Assembly: GCA_047495785.1 (NCBI GenBank)
Contig: JBLDXI010000015.1
Coordinates: 3,782,001 to 3,846,000, forward strand
DNA from: Lepidodermella squamata
Lineage: Eukaryota > Animalia > Gastrotricha
Reading direction: 5' to 3'
Length of the DNA stretch: 64,000 bases
The position numbers and the translations under genes are program-made. Shown piece by piece: positions 1-11,369 of this stretch. Each line of letters opens with the position of its first letter. The stretch's first letter is position 1. The notes beneath the pieces were generated by a model, which was not told where the DNA came from, did no database searches, and worked only from the letters and a program-made list of their open reading frames with translations.

Positions 1-1228
1 CTCGAGTGATAAAAATCGGAAGGTCCGGTAGAGTCATGCTGGTGTCAAGTAAAGTGATCAACCAAGGTCCTAAAGGCATTTAAGATTCGAGACTTGAAGG
101 TTCTTAACTACGGAAATTTCACCTCCATAAATCACCATGTTCTTGGCTTGAAACCATTGACCCATAAGCCAACCCTGACCATATCGGGACCACACGTCAG
201 ATTGCATATAGATGTCGGTATAGTAGGCCACGCCAAACATGAAGAACGCATGATGCATGAAAACAGCGACACAAAACCACACAGCTACGAAGAGCAATTG
301 TTTTATGAATAAAACAGCGATCTGCCCTGGCGATTTAAGCAAGTCTGATCGCTTCTCCTCCTCTTCTTCCCCAGCATGTCGGATATCATTGAGTTGAAGA
401 AACCGTTTGTAAGTAATGAAAGGAGCAAAAATGACGGGGAAGTAGAATACGTAAGCCATGAAATGCAAGAAACCAGTGTTGTAGCGAACGTTGAAATCAT
501 TGTAGCTCACGATTTTCAGTATATACCAAACGATGAGCCAGATAAATAGAACTCTTGCTGTTTCCAATGAGTTGTAAGTCAGCATCGACCCATGAAGATG
601 TTTATGTGCCCAAATTACCTCCGATACTGTGATTATCCAAGCTACCCAGATTCTGGGTATTTTTGAAAATATTGGCAAAGCCGGGGCTACTTTGTAGATC
701 GCAACCCAATTGATTGCCGCTAAGCTCAACAACAGGGTTCCATAATAGCGACCACAGATGTAGCTTAGTCCAAGATATCCATAAATTGTTAAGAAGCTGA
801 GTAGGGCTTTTTCGTGGCTCTCGGAGCCTGGGCGAATGATTAGTCCGAAAAACAGTTTCTTGAGAATGACGTGGACAAGGCCTAACGCCAAATAGTACGG
901 CCCATGATGAAGAATGATCAAGATATCCGGATCAAATTTTTCCTACGAAAATGAGATATTATACAGTGTTTTAATGTTAAACTCTGTTTAGTCAACTCTG
1001 AATTGAAAATCTGGCAAGAAACCCGGTTGCAGCGCCCAATCTGTGAATCCTTTGTTGCTCTCAAGTGCTAATTCAGAAACATTAATTCAATTTTAAAATT
1101 AATTAGCAGAGCAAACGATGTAACTTACATCTACTGTAGTTGTAGAAGTGATAAGCCATTTTCGAAAACAAAGGCAGCCATATGCAGAAATACAGCAGAA
1201 GCTCGATTTTAGGGAGCTTCGCATGCAT
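1..1228 (-). CDS. HHAT: Hedgehog acyltransferase-like MBOAT (HHAT/Rasp family), 5' part; continues beyond the window start
   Basis: Exon 1 from ATG 1228 reads MHAKLPKIELLLYFCIWLPLFSKMAYHFYNYSR|gtaagt. The main exon (ORF 70-921) is multi-TM with the MBOAT motifs ILKIVSY, AYVFYFPVIFAPFITYKRF and GQWFQAKNMVIYG. Confidence 0.8.
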
Positions 1229-1499
1229 TTTTCAACTTTCCAGGCAATTCAAGAAGGTAGAGGTCTCGAATCTAGATAAAGGTTAAGCGCTAATTCGGCG
1301 CAGCAAATGCTTCTTAATCAAGTAGAAAGACTTGGCCGAATGCGCTACGACTTTTATTACCTTCAACGTATTGTGGCCAACACCGCTTGCGAATGTTGTC
1401 GACATAAAGCGAAGCCTGACGTGGAATGATAATAACGCAACAACAAAACCACGTCATTTATTAAAAAATATGTTGAATAGAACACGCACTACACAGTAC

Positions 1500-2403
1500 T
1501 GCTTACATCGCTTAACAATGAAGTGGTGAACGCTCACCTAAAGGCCAGTTACGCTGAGTTGGTACCTGCTGCCGGCATCCTAACTAGCAAGTAGAAACAT
1601 TCGAAAGCGGCAGGTCCATTAACTGTTGGTAGCATCGTTGCCGCCGATGTCTACTTTGCGTCTTTCCTGTACTGCACGGGTAAATCTACGTAAAAGTGAA
1701 ACCGTCTTAATAGTTTTAGCATAATTAGCTTGTGAATGCTATTGGTTAAGTGTTATCAATTTAGCTGAACATGGTTGAGAGCGCGTGCTTATCCTTATGC
1801 CGCGATTTTATTGTGGATACGGAGGATTGTACGAAAAATCTAATCATCAGTATGTCTCATTAACAGCCAGGTCGAAGTCGAAGAGATGAGAGAAGTCTCG
1901 CGCGATCTTCGAAGTTGTTATTCCAGCGTCAATTAAATAACGGGGAGATCGCTAGCCGAATGGCGAGCTTTAATCAACGCGACAAGCCTGGCCCGGACAC
2001 CTAGACTGATCGATTTCACTGCTAAGCACCCGAATTCCATACTACTTGGAACTTGTAAAATGAACAGCTCCGCTGCAAGCCGCTTATTCATCGGCGCTGC
2101 CATCATATTTGACGTCCAACTCATGACGGCAATGAGGACGATCGAATTGAAGAACAGAAGAATCCTTTAGATGATCAGTAACAGCGTTAAAAGGAAGAAT
2201 GTAGGGTGAATTCGGCTACGGCAAGTGCAGACTGTAGTCAGTTGGTCTATCGCTTTCCCTGACGATATATTCAAAAATACGATTGAAATGTTGCAGATGA
2301 GCTGAAAAATCAGCCTTGTTGTTTATCTGGTATTGTTGTTTTTTTTGTCTGGAAATGGCAATATTCCTCGTTCGAAGAATCGCGAACAGTTTGCATCTTT
2401 GAG
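1500..2403 (+). pseudogene. Possible decayed or cryptically spliced Tudor-domain exons upstream of the Tudor gene
   Basis: Fragments in different frames, broken by stops: LTVGSIVAAD (~1620), TWLRAR (~1770), KCRL*SVG (~2225), QPCCLSGI...IFE|gtaaat (2297-2403). Confidence 0.3.
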
Positions 2404-4222
2404 GTAAATTTTTAGAAAATTTGGGGAAAAGTTGACAAACAAAGAAACACGGTTTTACACCTGAGACAGATTACAATTCATATGTGAGCTCCTGATATCA
2501 GATTTCCTCTACATTCCAAATCGAGATTCCTTGCATAATTACGTTGGTTGTTACGTTTTCGTTCTTTCATTGACAATGTTCATCGGAGAGATCGCATCGG
2601 AGTGATGTCAAAATCTCATTATTTTGTTTCAGTGTACTAAACTTCATCTTCCTCGAACCTGTCAATGGTCAATAGTGACTATCGTTTGGCTTCATAGCAA
2701 ATCAGCGGAACACCGACCTCCGTTTTGAGTTTTGAACCCGGATTGGTCAAATGTCACATCGTCATTCGTCACGCAAAATTCGGGTGATCACAATGGAAAA
2801 ATAATTTTCGGATATCTGCAAAATATTGGCACCATATTGGCAAAATGTGTAGAGCGTGAAATTCTGAGTAGAACGAGGTTAGACACTTAGGGTCTCACAA
2901 CTAACGAGTAGGCTGCGGATGGGCTAAAAAGGAAAAAAATGCCTCAGGACCCCCGAAATTGCAATTTTGGGATCTTTTGGTCCGCGGCAAATCACTTCTT
3001 TTCCAAAAATGGATACTCAATTCATCTCTCATCTTTACTGCTCACCGAATCAACCAAAATTTGTTAAAATGAGCGCTTTCTGCTGGCACTGCGCTGGAAT
3101 CTGTCAAAAGTGATATGATCTACTGCGACCAATAAATTGGATTAAACAATAATCAAAATATTTGCCATTGAACCAGTAATCAAAATGTTAGCAAAAAAAT
3201 ATGTATTATATTTTATTCGGCGAAACTAAGGTCAATTGAGCAGATAGTCACGTGGATCTTTAAGTTGTTGAGAAGTAGCTGCGGGCCAAGAGATCTCATA
3301 TGTCTCGACCATCAAGATCTGTCGAGCGGGCGCGACGGAATCTGAAAGGACGAGGTGAGGCGAAAGACGAAGACGAGGTCTCTTTTTCAATTGTTACTCC
3401 TTTTGAGAAGAGCAAAGGTTGATGCTTATTTGTTATTGCGAAATTCCTATTTTTTATTCGACAGCCTAGAAGAATCTGATCACGTATCAAAATGCCACCA
3501 AACTGCATGAAAGTAGTCAAATCGATCTTGAAATGAATGGCCCGCTGAAATCAATTTCGTGCTTTTTTCGTCTCACATTTATTCGTTTCTTATACTGATC
3601 TTTATTCTATCTCTGCACCTGACCTCGGATCTCGGAGGGGTAGGTTCCTAAACGTTTAGCGTTTAAATAGGATAATTTTCGAGGTAAATAGACAGAATAT
3701 GACAATCACGATCGAGAAGGAACGTTTCAGAAGCAGAAATCAGACAACCTTACAGATATTCTCTTTAGAGTACCTTTTTAATTCATGCGGAATGTATCAT
3801 TTTTAGCATGCAATACCTATGTTAGTATGCATTTACCTATGTTAAAAATTGAAAACACAAGGGGACTGTTGTTCGCAATGGGTTTTATTGGTTTTGTATG
3901 TAGCAATTTTGGTAAAATAAGGATGCGCACGGAAAATGTTATCGGCGATATATGAATTCAGGAGGTTTCATAATTGCGTTCGGCCTTCAATTCAACTTAT
4001 AGCTTATAGCTTGAATTAATTGGCTTAATACTATGTTGTTTGAAATTGGTCCCCTTTTTGCATTTGTTGACTAGGTCATTTAGTGTGAAACGGCACGTAC
4101 TGATTGATTCTGTCGACTAATGGAACCTGTTACGTTACCAGAATCATATGCCTGTTTCCCTGTATGTTTCTTGCAAGTCCTCGTAGCTTGTCAACAATTA
4201 ACAGCATTTTATTGCCAATTCA

Positions 4223-5182
4223 GGTTGAGCATTGGCAGAGAATCCGCGACTCAGGTCCCGCAAGGTGCCAAATAATATCAGCCAAGTCCCCGGATCGCTT
4301 TTATTTGAGATTTTTATATGCCGACGATGATCTGGACGAGCTTGCGGCTATTCGCGATGTAATGGACGAATACTTTGAAATGATTGCCCCTGATGGTTCC
4401 ATTCAAGAGCCGAATAAGAAGTTGATCGAAAAGCATCACCTTGTCATGAGTCTGCCCGTTGCTGCTTACATTGAAGCTGAAAATGCTTTTTTCCGCGCCG
4501 TGATCCTTGCCGTTGAAGAGACTCGTTGCAAAGTCTATTTTGTCGACATTGGCGATGAAGACTGGATTGACGTAGAAAACATTTGCTATCTACCCAAATA
4601 TCTCCTGGAGCACGAATGCCTGGCCGTCCAGTGCCGCCTTGTTGGTGTTACGCCACCCGATGGAACGCCGTCGGCTTATCCCGAGGACTGTGGAGTCAAA
4701 ATGTTGCGACTTTCGAATAGCGATGACGTTCAAAAGCTTCGCGAAAATCCTCTGATGTGTAACATCGTCGAGGTAATTAAAGCTGAACCGGTTCAATTTG
4801 ACTCAGGATGGCGGCACCATCGGAAAATGCTCAACCGCCTCGTTGTCGAATTGAATTTGCCAAACAGCGAAAATCCGATGGCAACTCGAAAGAATGGGTT
4901 TGTGATTTCATTATAAAATCCGATTTCATTTGAGGGAACATATCCATTTTCAGATTTGCGCATGTTCTGGCTTCGTTCCACTTGTGCGCTATTGCTCATG
5001 ATGGAATTGATGCCAGTGAATCTAATAAGAAGGTGGAACAGCGAAAGAATCTTCAGCCATCAGCTCCCGTATTTATCCCGTCCTCGCAAGTTTCAATTCC
5101 AAGTTCGAAGCCTCGCGGACGAGGCCGTGGTGCTTTTTCGCATTTGCCCGATAAAGAATGCCCACCTCTACTTTTCGACTGA
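4223..5182 (+). CDS. Extended Tudor-domain protein (TDRD-like), last two exons; 5' end unresolved
   Basis: SPDRFYLR...FFRAVIL...CKVYFVDIGDEDW...AVQCRLVGV is an extended Tudor fold. Intron ~4898-4953 (gtttgt..tttcag). The last exon ends with RGRGRG...LLFD*. Confidence 0.75.
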
Positions 5183-5394
5183 ACGAACATGTTTGTACGC
5201 TGACTATTTCTAGTTCTCAATGACAATTTCCCTGACTGTTCTCTGACTTCAATCTCACGTATTTTTAGTGCGAGATTTTTCATTCTAGTATTATGCCTTG
5301 TTATGCCTTCTCATTGTTGCTCAAATGTACGACAAAGATAATCAAAATTATGCTTCATTTTCATATATTCCATTTAGAAATTATTATTTTCTTA

Positions 5395-7958
5395 ATGGCG
5401 AACAAGTCCTGCTCCAAGAAGAAGACTTCTTCAGAAGTCAAATCCAAACCCAAAACAAAATCGACAAAGAAGTCAACAGCCAAGGACACAAAATCCCGCA
5501 AGCAATCGAAAAAGGTCGTAGATTTGACGAAAACTGTCGATGATCCTAAAGAAGAGTTGAGTTCCGCTGTTAAAAACGAGCCGGAGGAATTCAAATTCGT
5601 AATTGATAAGAAAAACGATGTCTTAATCGAAGCTCCTCTGTACAAACCGATGGCACGAGTTAAGCCTCGGTCAGTTAAAGATGTGCTCGATGGACTGAAA
5701 TGTCACGCGAATCTTATCCCACCAAGTTCTGTTGACATGACCCTGCCAAAAGCTGCGATTGAAAACGCGAAAAAGCGTCAGAAGAGAGAGGCGAGAATGA
5801 AGTTGAAAAGGCTTAAAAGTGGCGCTAGAGTTGATAAAATTCAGCCGACGACTGAAGCTCCGGTTGATCCTTGGAAAGAGCCTGGAAAGAAGCGAAAGCG
5901 ATTGGATATCACTGCCCCGCTATCAGAGGAACCTATCTTCGCTTTACCTCTCAGTTACAATCCCAGCACTGATAGCGAAGCCCTGAGGTTGGCTGTTAAG
6001 GAGGCGGCCAAGGTCCTTACTGAACATGATCGCAAACACGCGAAAATCGAGCGAGTTGCTTCTCAAATCCGGAATGCGAAACCGCTGACTATTCGCGAGC
6101 AGATAGAGGAAATGTCTTCCGGTCTATTTGACGAAGATGCGAAAGAGAGTGAGAAAAAAGGTAGTGATGATGAGACGTATTTAAAGCCGACTGACAAGAA
6201 AGAAGTGAAGAAATTGACGTCGAAAGAGCGGAAGCATCGTAAATCTCAAGAGCGCATTCGTTTATTGGTTCTAAAGCGGAAGACTCAAAATCGTCTGATG
6301 CACGATTTCTACCGCCTTCGACAGATCAAAAACGAGGTTTCGGCTGAGGCAGCTCGCCGCAATGCTTCGCAATCGTTTGATGCGCAAAAGGAGGCGTCTA
6401 GGCGCCGAAAATTGGAGATCTGGCGAAAGATTGTGCTACGTAAAGCGACGATTCAGGCGATAAGGAAGCGCGAAGCAACGGCTCTGATTCAAAAAGCGCC
6501 GTCTGCGGTTATCGGGGATTCGAGTGACATGGGTCTGGAACCTGGAAAGAGCCTACGTTTGATTGAGGTTAGTTTCTCCGAGTCCTTTTCTACGGTTTTG
6601 TTCATTTTCTCTACGGATTTCTCTATCGGATTTTGTCTTCCATATAAAACTCAGCCTTTAATTGAATTTTGTGTCTGAGACCGACTGCAGATATTACTTA
6701 TGTACCAATTATAGTCTGCAAGACAATTAGTGTTAATTGAGCAGTTATACTAGATATTCAATAGAGCCAATACGTCTATTTTGCTCTATTTTTTATTTAG
6801 CACTAAAGATAAGGTTACGGTTTCCTTTAATCAACTTCTCTAAATATATCTTAATAGTTCAAAGAGGCCCGAAATAACGCAATTTATTAAGGCGTGTTGA
6901 GTTTGGGTGACATCAAAATCAAGGGTATATCAATTAATTTCACTGACAATTAAGACAAATTATCGCTGAATGTTGGACAAAATCGAGGCTCTACGTTGGA
7001 TAAATTTGATTTAATCAATAGCCATTATACAATTGCTGATTGATTGTTTGTTATGAAAGTTAAAATAGCCGTATCAAATCATCTCTCAATATAAAATTGT
7101 TGTATGGGGAAAAGAGTTCGTGAATCCCTTTGATGGCAAAACATACTGTCAAAAATGCGACTCAAATAAAAATTGTCGTAATATAATCGAATTTCCACAT
7201 TATATTCGACGTACGTGACTGGTTCGGCTCGGCTCGGCTCGGCTCTACGACAATTAAGCAAAAATGATAAATAACATTTTCTCTGCGCTAAAAATGTCTT
7301 TTCGACCCCGAGTCGGTGGGCCCCTTGAAATATAACTAAGTTGGGCAGTGTCTGTTTTCCGACGGTTTCTGTCAGATCCTCCGTTATTTAACGAAATTGT
7401 ACAATGAGTATGACGAAAGCCTTCCTTTGCCGATTGCCGACCATTTACTAGCGGCCTCAGAACCACAAATGACTGAAAATATCGGAATCAAATTGAAGTA
7501 TTTGAATATAATACAGTGAAAGTTGTGTAAACCGGAGTCTTCCATACCGTACGGATTTTGGTGGCTCTTGTAGAGGCTCATAGAGCAAATTTGGTCGTTT
7601 ACACTGAACTTGTCCTTAACCGGACGGATTTTGCCTGGTGATATCCTACTCCGGTTTACAACATTTTCACTGTATGTATTTCCGATGGTTCCAACGGTTC
7701 AAGTAAAACTGAAAACTGGTTCGAAAGAACAAATAAGTTCGATAATTTCATGTTACTTCCCAATTTTTATATTGCAATTTTAATCAATTTGTTCGTATTT
7801 CCACATTTCAGCCTCGAACGACCAGTCTGGCCTTCGAGAGATTTGTGGCTGCTCAGCGTCGTGGTTTGCTTATCGACTATCGACAAATGGAGCAGAGCCG
7901 ACGTGCTGTTTTCGCTCGCAAGCGGCACGGCTACAAAACCTTCGAGATCAATCGATAA
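5395..7958 (+). CDS. NOP53: Ribosome biogenesis protein NOP53 (GLTSCR2)
   Basis: Exon 5395-6567 (FVIDK, SYNP, basic K/R-rich helices, SLRLIE|gttagt) joins exon 7812-7958 (PRTTSLAFERFVAAQRRGLL...YKTFEINR*), which resembles the NOP53 C-terminus. Confidence 0.75.
7222..7246. repeat. (GGCTC)n microsatellite in the NOP53 intron
   Basis: ggttcggctcggctcggctcggctc. Confidence 0.7.
7514..7672. mobile_element. Tc1/mariner-type MITE (~159 bp) in the NOP53 intron
   Basis: ~25-bp imperfect TIRs CAGTGAAAGTTGTGTAAACCGGAGT / ACTCCGGTTTACAACATTTTCACTG, flanked by TA (7512-13) and TA (7673-74). Confidence 0.8.
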
Positions 7959-8674
7959 GAAAAACTGTAATATGTGTGCAAACGGCTTGTTATTTGATAA
8001 AATAAAGTCACTGTCTGGCCTCGATTTAAAACCTCTTTGGGCTTAGATCGGACACTGTGATTTTCCTTACAACAGTTTCGGGTTTTTTAGCGCAGCAAAC
8101 GTCTATTGTTGGAGAAAACGTATATTGGATTGGGACTTAATGATCAATCAACATATTTCCGAGGGTACATCCTCGTCCAGCTTAATTCATAGTGACAGTC
8201 TTTGACATGAATTGAATGGAATGTTTTCCACAAATTTGGCGATTCCTGCACAAACCTTAATTAAATAGTACAAATCCGGTCAAATCTTTAGACATTCAGG
8301 ACATGTGTCATACCTGGAACTCGTTCAGAGACCTGGGAGGATTCAGTCTAACAATTTAAGACAAGTCAAAAAAGCGTCGACATGAAAAGTTCAAAATTTT
8401 ATTGAATGTACACGTACATTTACGCGCATCACGCACAAGCTTCCTGAGCCGAGACATTTTTTAATCAACTATTCGTCGAGTTTTTTCCAATCGTATAACA
8501 ACAACAGACGTCTGTGCGATAAAACAGCGGATAAACAATAAAATGGTTATTACTATAATATTATTATCATTGCACCAAGAAAAAATTTTCAAGTCGTATC
8601 ACGCCGCATTTTTACATTGAGATGAAGTTGAAAAAAAACCAAAAGTAACAACGCAGTAGGTAATTGAGCTTTTT

Positions 8675-10444
8675 TTAGTCAGTTTCTGCCGCCTCGGTTT
8701 CTTCGATTTTTAAAGCATCGTTCGACGCTTCGTCCTGCTCCTTTTGAAGTTCATCGGCCAGCTCCGAAAATCCGAACTGCTTAGCCAGCGCCATAGCTAT
8801 GGTGTTCTTCTCAGTCTCGTTCGATGACGCATTCGAGTTGTCTTCGACAATGTTGATAACCGGCTGTTCGACGCGCGCATGCTTGACGCCACCAGTCGTG
8901 TTTTCGTCCAGTTTCCGCTTCGTCGACTCGTTTTTCAGTGGCGGCGGTGTGGCGAAAGTTGAGCGTTGCTGTTGCTGCTGCTGACCGGGCAATGGCGACG
9001 TGCCAGTGTGACTGAGCATCGCATCACGAGCCGTTTGCCTCGCCAAATGATACAAGCGCTCGCGGTGGGTGAGTAACACCGGCACCAGGGTGCACAGAGC
9101 GGCTGAGGCTTCGTTGACGCTCAACTCGTGGTACGAAAGGCTGCGATCTGGGTTCTTGCGTTTCGCGTCGAATCGGCCGAAAATCATCGAGAAACGACGG
9201 ACACCTTCGATAAAGCCACTTTGAGATGGCGGCGTCGACAACACAGCCTATAAAAAAAGTATATTATAAAAACTCCACCTTAATGATAATCAGTGCTTAC
9301 CAGAAGTTGCTGAAAGTCGTTCGCCTTCATGCGGGCATTTGAGCAGTCAGTTCGCGGGGTCAGGCTGAGTAGATCGGGGTGTTTCGCGAGCGTTTCAGCC
9401 GCCGCCAAAGCGATAGCACTTCGCATGTCGACTGCAAGCGTAACCGGTTGTTTCGACGCAGCGTTGACCATCAACAGCCCAGTTGCGTTCTCATTGACGT
9501 CTGACGAAAAATTTGTTGAACAGAACGACGACGCCTCGCTGTCGGTGTTGTCGGGGAAGTCACCGCTGTTGCTCGGCGACGTGTTGGCGCCGGAGTGATC
9601 TTCATGCTGGCGTTGAGGTAGAACCGGTAGCTTGTTGTTAGCGAAGTAGACGACTGACGGCGAGCCGGAGGAAGATGACGACGAGGCGGTTGGGTAGGCC
9701 GAGTGGGAGACAAGGCTCAGGTTGATCGGTGCCATAGTTGGGTCGATGGGTGTAGATTTCGAGGCGCTGCTGTGCTGCGACATCATGATCAACGACAGGG
9801 CGGCATCACCGGCGCCGCGAGGTGACACGCTCGATGCGTTTGATTTCGATGCGGACGAGTGAACACCCGTTATCGAGTTGGCAGGAGGAGGTGTGGAAGG
9901 CGGCAGGGCCAGACTAGTCTTCACTGACAATAAAGTAGCGCTTTCCGCCGGCGTCAAAGGAGCGCGAAAAGGAGCTGAAAATAAATAAAAATTAATTAAT
10001 TTAAATCGATTTTTTGCGTGAACCAACAAACCTGGACTATTATGCCATTCAGCTAGCGCTTTTTGAAGACGGCGAATGTGAAGGGGTTTTGAGGTCATGT
10101 CGACAAGACGAAGAATTTCAGCAAATTCCTCCTGGGTTGCTTCGACTAGTTGTTGAACATCATCACCGCCGTTTGACACAAACACATCGTAATAACCGAG
10201 CAGATTAGCGCGTTGTAGCAGGCGGAACAGTTCGACCTCTGAGGCAGAACGGGGCAAGTTACGAATCGCTGGCGACGTCATCATTTTAGGCTGGTTCGAT
10301 TCTTGGGGTGTAGGTGAAGGCGACGATGTCGATAAAGCTGGCGATGACGTGCGAGGTTGCAGGCTGACAGGCTTGTGCTCGTCTTCCTCCAAATCGTCGA
10401 TGTCGAGGTCGTCGTCTTCTTCGGCGCAATAAGCTGACGAAGTG
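8675..10444 (-). CDS. NAB: NGFI-A-binding protein (NAB, EGR co-repressor), NCD1 and NCD2
   Basis: NCD1: ELFRLLQRANLLGYYDVFVSNGGDDVQQL...PLHIRRLQKAL. NCD2: RRFSMIFGRFDAKRK...HELSVNEASAALC...LARQ. Exons 10444-10032, 9974-9301, 9247-8675. Confidence 0.93.
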
Positions 10445-10578
10445 CTGCAAAAGCGACACACATTAATAAAAATGAAAGTAATAATGGGCGTATGAAAAAC
10501 GTTTTGCGAGACTCAAATGCGGACTCTCATTATAACATTATTACTACTCATAAAATTAACACCGCGCGACGCACAAAC

Positions 10579-11369
10579 CTTTTTGCGCCTGAAACCTCCT
10601 CGTATTTAGCATCGCTACTGCTGTGCAAATTATTATCGTCGTCGTCAAAAATAACGACAGAACCTGGCTCCTTCTTCGGCCTTAAATCCAAGGGCGTCGA
10701 GTCGTAACCGGAACCTGCGAATTGACTGCCGTAATTGCCACTTGTCGGCATCATTGACATTGGGAGGAATGAGGCGGGTTTCATTTGACGCATTTTCGGC
10801 AGGCCGGGTAATCGCGGCTTGTGAACATGCGGCTCGCGGCCGACGTAAACGATCCGACCGCCGTTGGTGTGAACCTTTGCGCGGCACGTTCTGTTCGCGC
10901 ATCGCCAATACGTTTTCGATCGATTGTCTGAGATTTTCGAGAAAGAGTAGCCTTCAAAGCGTAGAACGGTGTAACCACGAGAAGTTCTTTCGAAAACAGC
11001 CGGGCCCAGGTCGCAGTAGACGCCTGGCGGGACTGGAGAGATTGAGCGAGGCGTGCCTTGAGCGGTTTGAGTCGGCGTTTGAGGTGTTGTAGGCGCTTGT
11101 TGATTATTTGTTTGAGACTGAGACGGCACGACAGGTGGGGCGACCGGAACTGGTTGCAACGCATTCTGCTGATGAGCGGCGAGTAGTGAGGCGAAAAACG
11201 AGGCGTGCGGCGGTAGGGTGGCGAAAAACGAGGCTGGCAGTGAGAGCGAGTGCGGCAAAAACGGCGACGGGTGATGATTAAGATGGTGGTGATGATGGTG
11301 ATCGGCGGCCGGCGTCGACTGAGGCGATGTGACAATGTTACCAGCAGAAGCGGATGCAACTGCGGTCAT
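10579..11369 (-). CDS. FLYWCH-type zinc-finger exon, probably the first coding exon of the NAB gene
   Basis: TSRGYTVLRFEGYSFSK...TYWRCANRTCRAKVHT...HVH matches the FLYWCH pattern. The phase-2 donor at 10578 matches the phase-2 acceptor at 10445. Confidence 0.75.

Noticed and set aside
944-996. Apparent premature stop (RVD*) in HHAT
   Set aside because: It is removed by a ~53-bp phase-0 intron (aga|gttgac...cgtag|gaa).
2700-3300. Repeat-like intronic or intergenic sequence (also 23640-24540, 28870-29860, 39350-39720)
   Set aside because: Probably dispersed repeats, but no TIR, TSD or second copy could be shown within the window.
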